Shown: one piece after another, positions 61,190-64,000 of the stretch
Layout: every line of letters begins with the position of its first letter
How positions within the stretch are numbered: position 1 is the stretch's first letter
Origin: Ophelia neglecta
Taxonomy: Eukaryota
Direction of reading: 5' to 3'
Length of the DNA: 64,000 bases
Assembly: GCA_965285935.1 (NCBI GenBank)
Contig: OZ260661.1
Location: 56,606,001 to 56,670,000 of the forward strand
Notes under the pieces: generated by a model
Databases searched by the model: none
The model's input: the letters and a program-made list of their open reading frames with translations, nothing else
Told to the model about the DNA's origin: nothing
Translations under genes and position numbers: made by a program

Positions 61190-61410
61190 TTATCAGTTTT
61201 ACATAGTAGACAGTACGTTTCATCACCCTTTATATTGTACTTGATTAAGAGATTACTTATTATACCAGAGGCACATCTTAGACTGGATATGTTTCTTCTA
61301 AGTTGGTCATCATTTACAAAATTTAATATCTTTCTGTCGCAAAATATTTCTTTATTGTTGAGTAAATCTCAAATTTACCAGCTGATTCACTATTCCTTTT
61401 AGAACGAAGC
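61190..61410 (-). pseudogene. Decayed LINE ORF2 C-terminal fragment
   Basis: SAGKFEIYSTIKKYFATERY / NFVNDDQLRRNISSLRCAS...YCLLC resembles the Y..FK..F..E.YL...R..S H...CxxC tail of invertebrate LINEs; frameshifted. Confidence 0.45.
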
Positions 61411-61504
61411 AAATCAAAGAAGTAAGCTAAATATAATTTGGAGCCAGTTTAACTTCTAATCTAGCAGGTGAGAAGAATGCATATGACTAGCCCACAGCTT
61501 TAAT

Positions 61505-61806
61505 AGAGGGGAGGTAAGGGGGTCCCCGTTTCCAGTTCCCAGTTTGAAAAATGGGCAAATCACGAATCATGAATGTTTGAAGTCTGCATTTTTCTGCCAT
61601 TGGGGATAAAAATATTTTCCGCATCCCGATATATTGAAATAGTGATTCCCTAGTCGCGGGAAATTAAACAGAACATTTCCATGTCACAGTAAATGAAAAG
61701 TCTTGATCCCGAATCACGGATAATTGTCGAATCCCGATTTACAAGAATTATTATTAAAAAGGCCTATCACGAAGGTCTGAAATACCCCTAACCCCCCTGC
61801 CCCCTA
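61505..61806. mobile_element. MITE with G-rich/C-rich ends
   Basis: AGGGGAGGTAAGGGG ... CCCCTAACCCCCCTGCCCCCT ends with internal TCACG/TCCCG repeats; partial relative near 53780-54000. Confidence 0.5.
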
Positions 61807-63747
61807 AAAAAGGGTTAAAGTTTTGATTTTGCAGCGCTAGTGAGCTCATTGATAACCTTTTAATCATAAGAAAAAAGAGAAAGTTTAAACATACTAAACA
61901 ACCCAGCATCATTTGTTTCGGTCACTGGGTGTGGAGAAAATGCCAGTTAAACAAATTTCCTTAGGCTTGGCGCCAGGTGGTATGTAAATTTCTCTTTCTC
62001 AGTTATTCTTCATAAATAAATCTATACAAGACCACTCTACCCAGCTTTACGAAATGTAAATTGGATCGATTTAATCATCAAACACAATCATGATTATGTA
62101 ATTTCTTCTTATTTATTGACAGTAGTTAATCGAACATTTACCCCTTATGTTTGACCGTATCAATTTAACAATTGGCGCGAAAATGTCTTATTTATACTTT
62201 TTAACGCACTTATCACCCTGTAGGTGTGTTAATTTTTTAAATTCATTTATTGGTATTAAACATCAAAGAACTAATTGAATATAATATATTACAATTCAAA
62301 AGAAACAGTCATATTAATATTAACGTTAATAGGAAATGGCTACAAAAAAATCCTCACAAATTTAATCTCTTAAACATAAAGGTAGATTTTCTATAAAGCT
62401 CAGCGGATTATTTGAGCAATATTTACTCACAAATTAAAACAAATAACAAATAACATTCCATTACTTAGTATTATATGAAGCATATAAAACTAGTAAAAAT
62501 TACCATTTACATAAAAGAATGCACATGTATTTCCTTTCTTTCGCCAGCCTATATACAAGTTGTCTTATACACAATATTAAATCCTGAAAGGTACATGGCG
62601 CAAAGTTCTCACAAATGTGTTAACACAGTAAATGTAACTAGTACCTAAGCTTGTTATTTCTTTATCAGAGTAATATTTTACTGATCAAATGACTATAAAG
62701 GTTTCCACAATGTATTTTATATCTTAAACCTGATTACCTGTAATTCAAAACATATACAAAATAATTAAATGCTCAGATTTGTTTTGATATGATAATGCCA
62801 AAGTGGTACATTCAAAGACTCTAGTATGTATAAAATAATTAAGTATTCTTTTATTATATAAAAATTATATTTATTCATAAATAAAATATACCCTTTAAGT
62901 GCTAGTGCTGTTAACATAGCATGGAAAAATGTCACAGATAATATATTACAGTGACAGGAAGCTTGAAACTCCCACTTAACATAATAACTATACAATATCA
63001 GTATACTCAAAATGAAGAAATGTGTGTAACTCTACAAGATGGGTCTGTTTAAAATAGCATTAATGTGACTTACGCTATAATATTCATCAGTGCAGGAATA
63101 CAGTCCCGCTGTCACTTTGTTAGCAGAAGAATGCCCCTTACAAAGAGTCATTTCTCCTGGGACAAGTCCTTCATCGGGGGAATAGTCGGTGTTTTCCTCT
63201 TCGGTAAATTTGTCATGATCCATTACGGAAAGTTAACATATTCATAAATACTTCTCCACAAATGAACAGGGTCAAGGATTCGCTCAATTAACAAAGCGAG
63301 TATGAATAGTTTGCACACATTATCCTGCCGTGCTGAAATTCTGCATGTCACATTTTGTGTTGTAAGAAGTATCAATGTCCCAGATACTACTTCTAAACAG
63401 AACCACTCAACAGGCGTTAAATTTGTTTGAATATTACACACACCCAATTGGCGCTGGTTCAGTTTAATAACCTGTAACTAGTCTAACGATCCTGGTTTTG
63501 CATTGAACAAAGTCATTTGTATCTAGTAGTCAGATTCAGATGGATCCCAAGTCTGAAACATAAAACGGAAAAATGCTATTTTAATTAGGTCTAAACATTC
63601 CCATAATTATGTTTAACGGCAGAAAATACACGTATTGATGAAAACATAAGGCTCAACTTTTAAAAAAGAGACCTGCGAAAAGGCGTTGTTTTTATTAGGC
63701 ATTAGTGTAATCCATTAGGCCTATGTCATTTAAATATATAACAAGGT

Positions 63748-63937
63748 CAGTGGCGGATCCAGGATTTCAGGAAGGGGGGGGGGCAAATTTTCCAAAGTTG
63801 ACAAGGTCAATGTCTGGATTGTCCTCGTTACCAACCCTCTGAAACCAACTTGCGTGGGTCCAGAAATAGGCCCTGGTCCGGGTCCACTTTTTGGCAAAAG
63901 GGGGGGGGGGGGGGCAGGGGCCCTGAATCCGTCACTG
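63748..63937. mobile_element. CAGTGGCGGAT-family MITE
   Basis: CAGTGGCGGATCCAGG/CCTGAATCCGTCACTG TIRs with AAGGT duplicated on both flanks. Confidence 0.75.
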
Positions 63938-64000
63938 AAGGTGTACATGACTACGACATGTACATCTGTTTAAAGGAGTATACCCTTTTTCATATACAAA

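Noticed and set aside
63032-63223. Acidic 63-aa ORF as an exon of a further gene
   Set aside because: No recognisable homology or convincing splice sites; nearby AG/GT-bounded segments at 59.8-60.6 kb do not chain into an ORF.

Overview
AT-rich, intron-dense animal genomic DNA; the host is probably an invertebrate lophotrochozoan (inference). It holds three protein-coding genes: PHPT1 (minus, 3 coding exons), PQBP1 (plus, 7 coding exons, head-to-head with PHPT1) and a complete HUWE1 HECT E3 ligase (minus, about 74 coding exons, 8921-45380, tail-to-tail with PQBP1, putative promoter near 47.7-48.1 kb). The main hidden signal is that HUWE1 introns appear to host amplified small guide RNAs, one copy per intron and always in the host sense. 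There are four copies of an H/ACA snoRNA whose two pockets both match neighbouring 18S rRNA sites, five copies of a C/D-box RNA with an invariant guide and an internal GNRA hairpin, and a single U21/U18-like C/D candidate. The 48-64 kb region is repeat-rich: a 5'-truncated L2-like LINE, MITEs with clear TSDs, a probable decayed Crypton, and three copies of a motif that can fold like an HDV-type ribozyme. Other observations: a solo LTR with a tRNA-like core, tandem duplication of a splice donor, a GC-AG intron and an apparently eroded HUWE1 BH3 motif. rRNA and human protein comparisons are from memory and need confirming by alignment.
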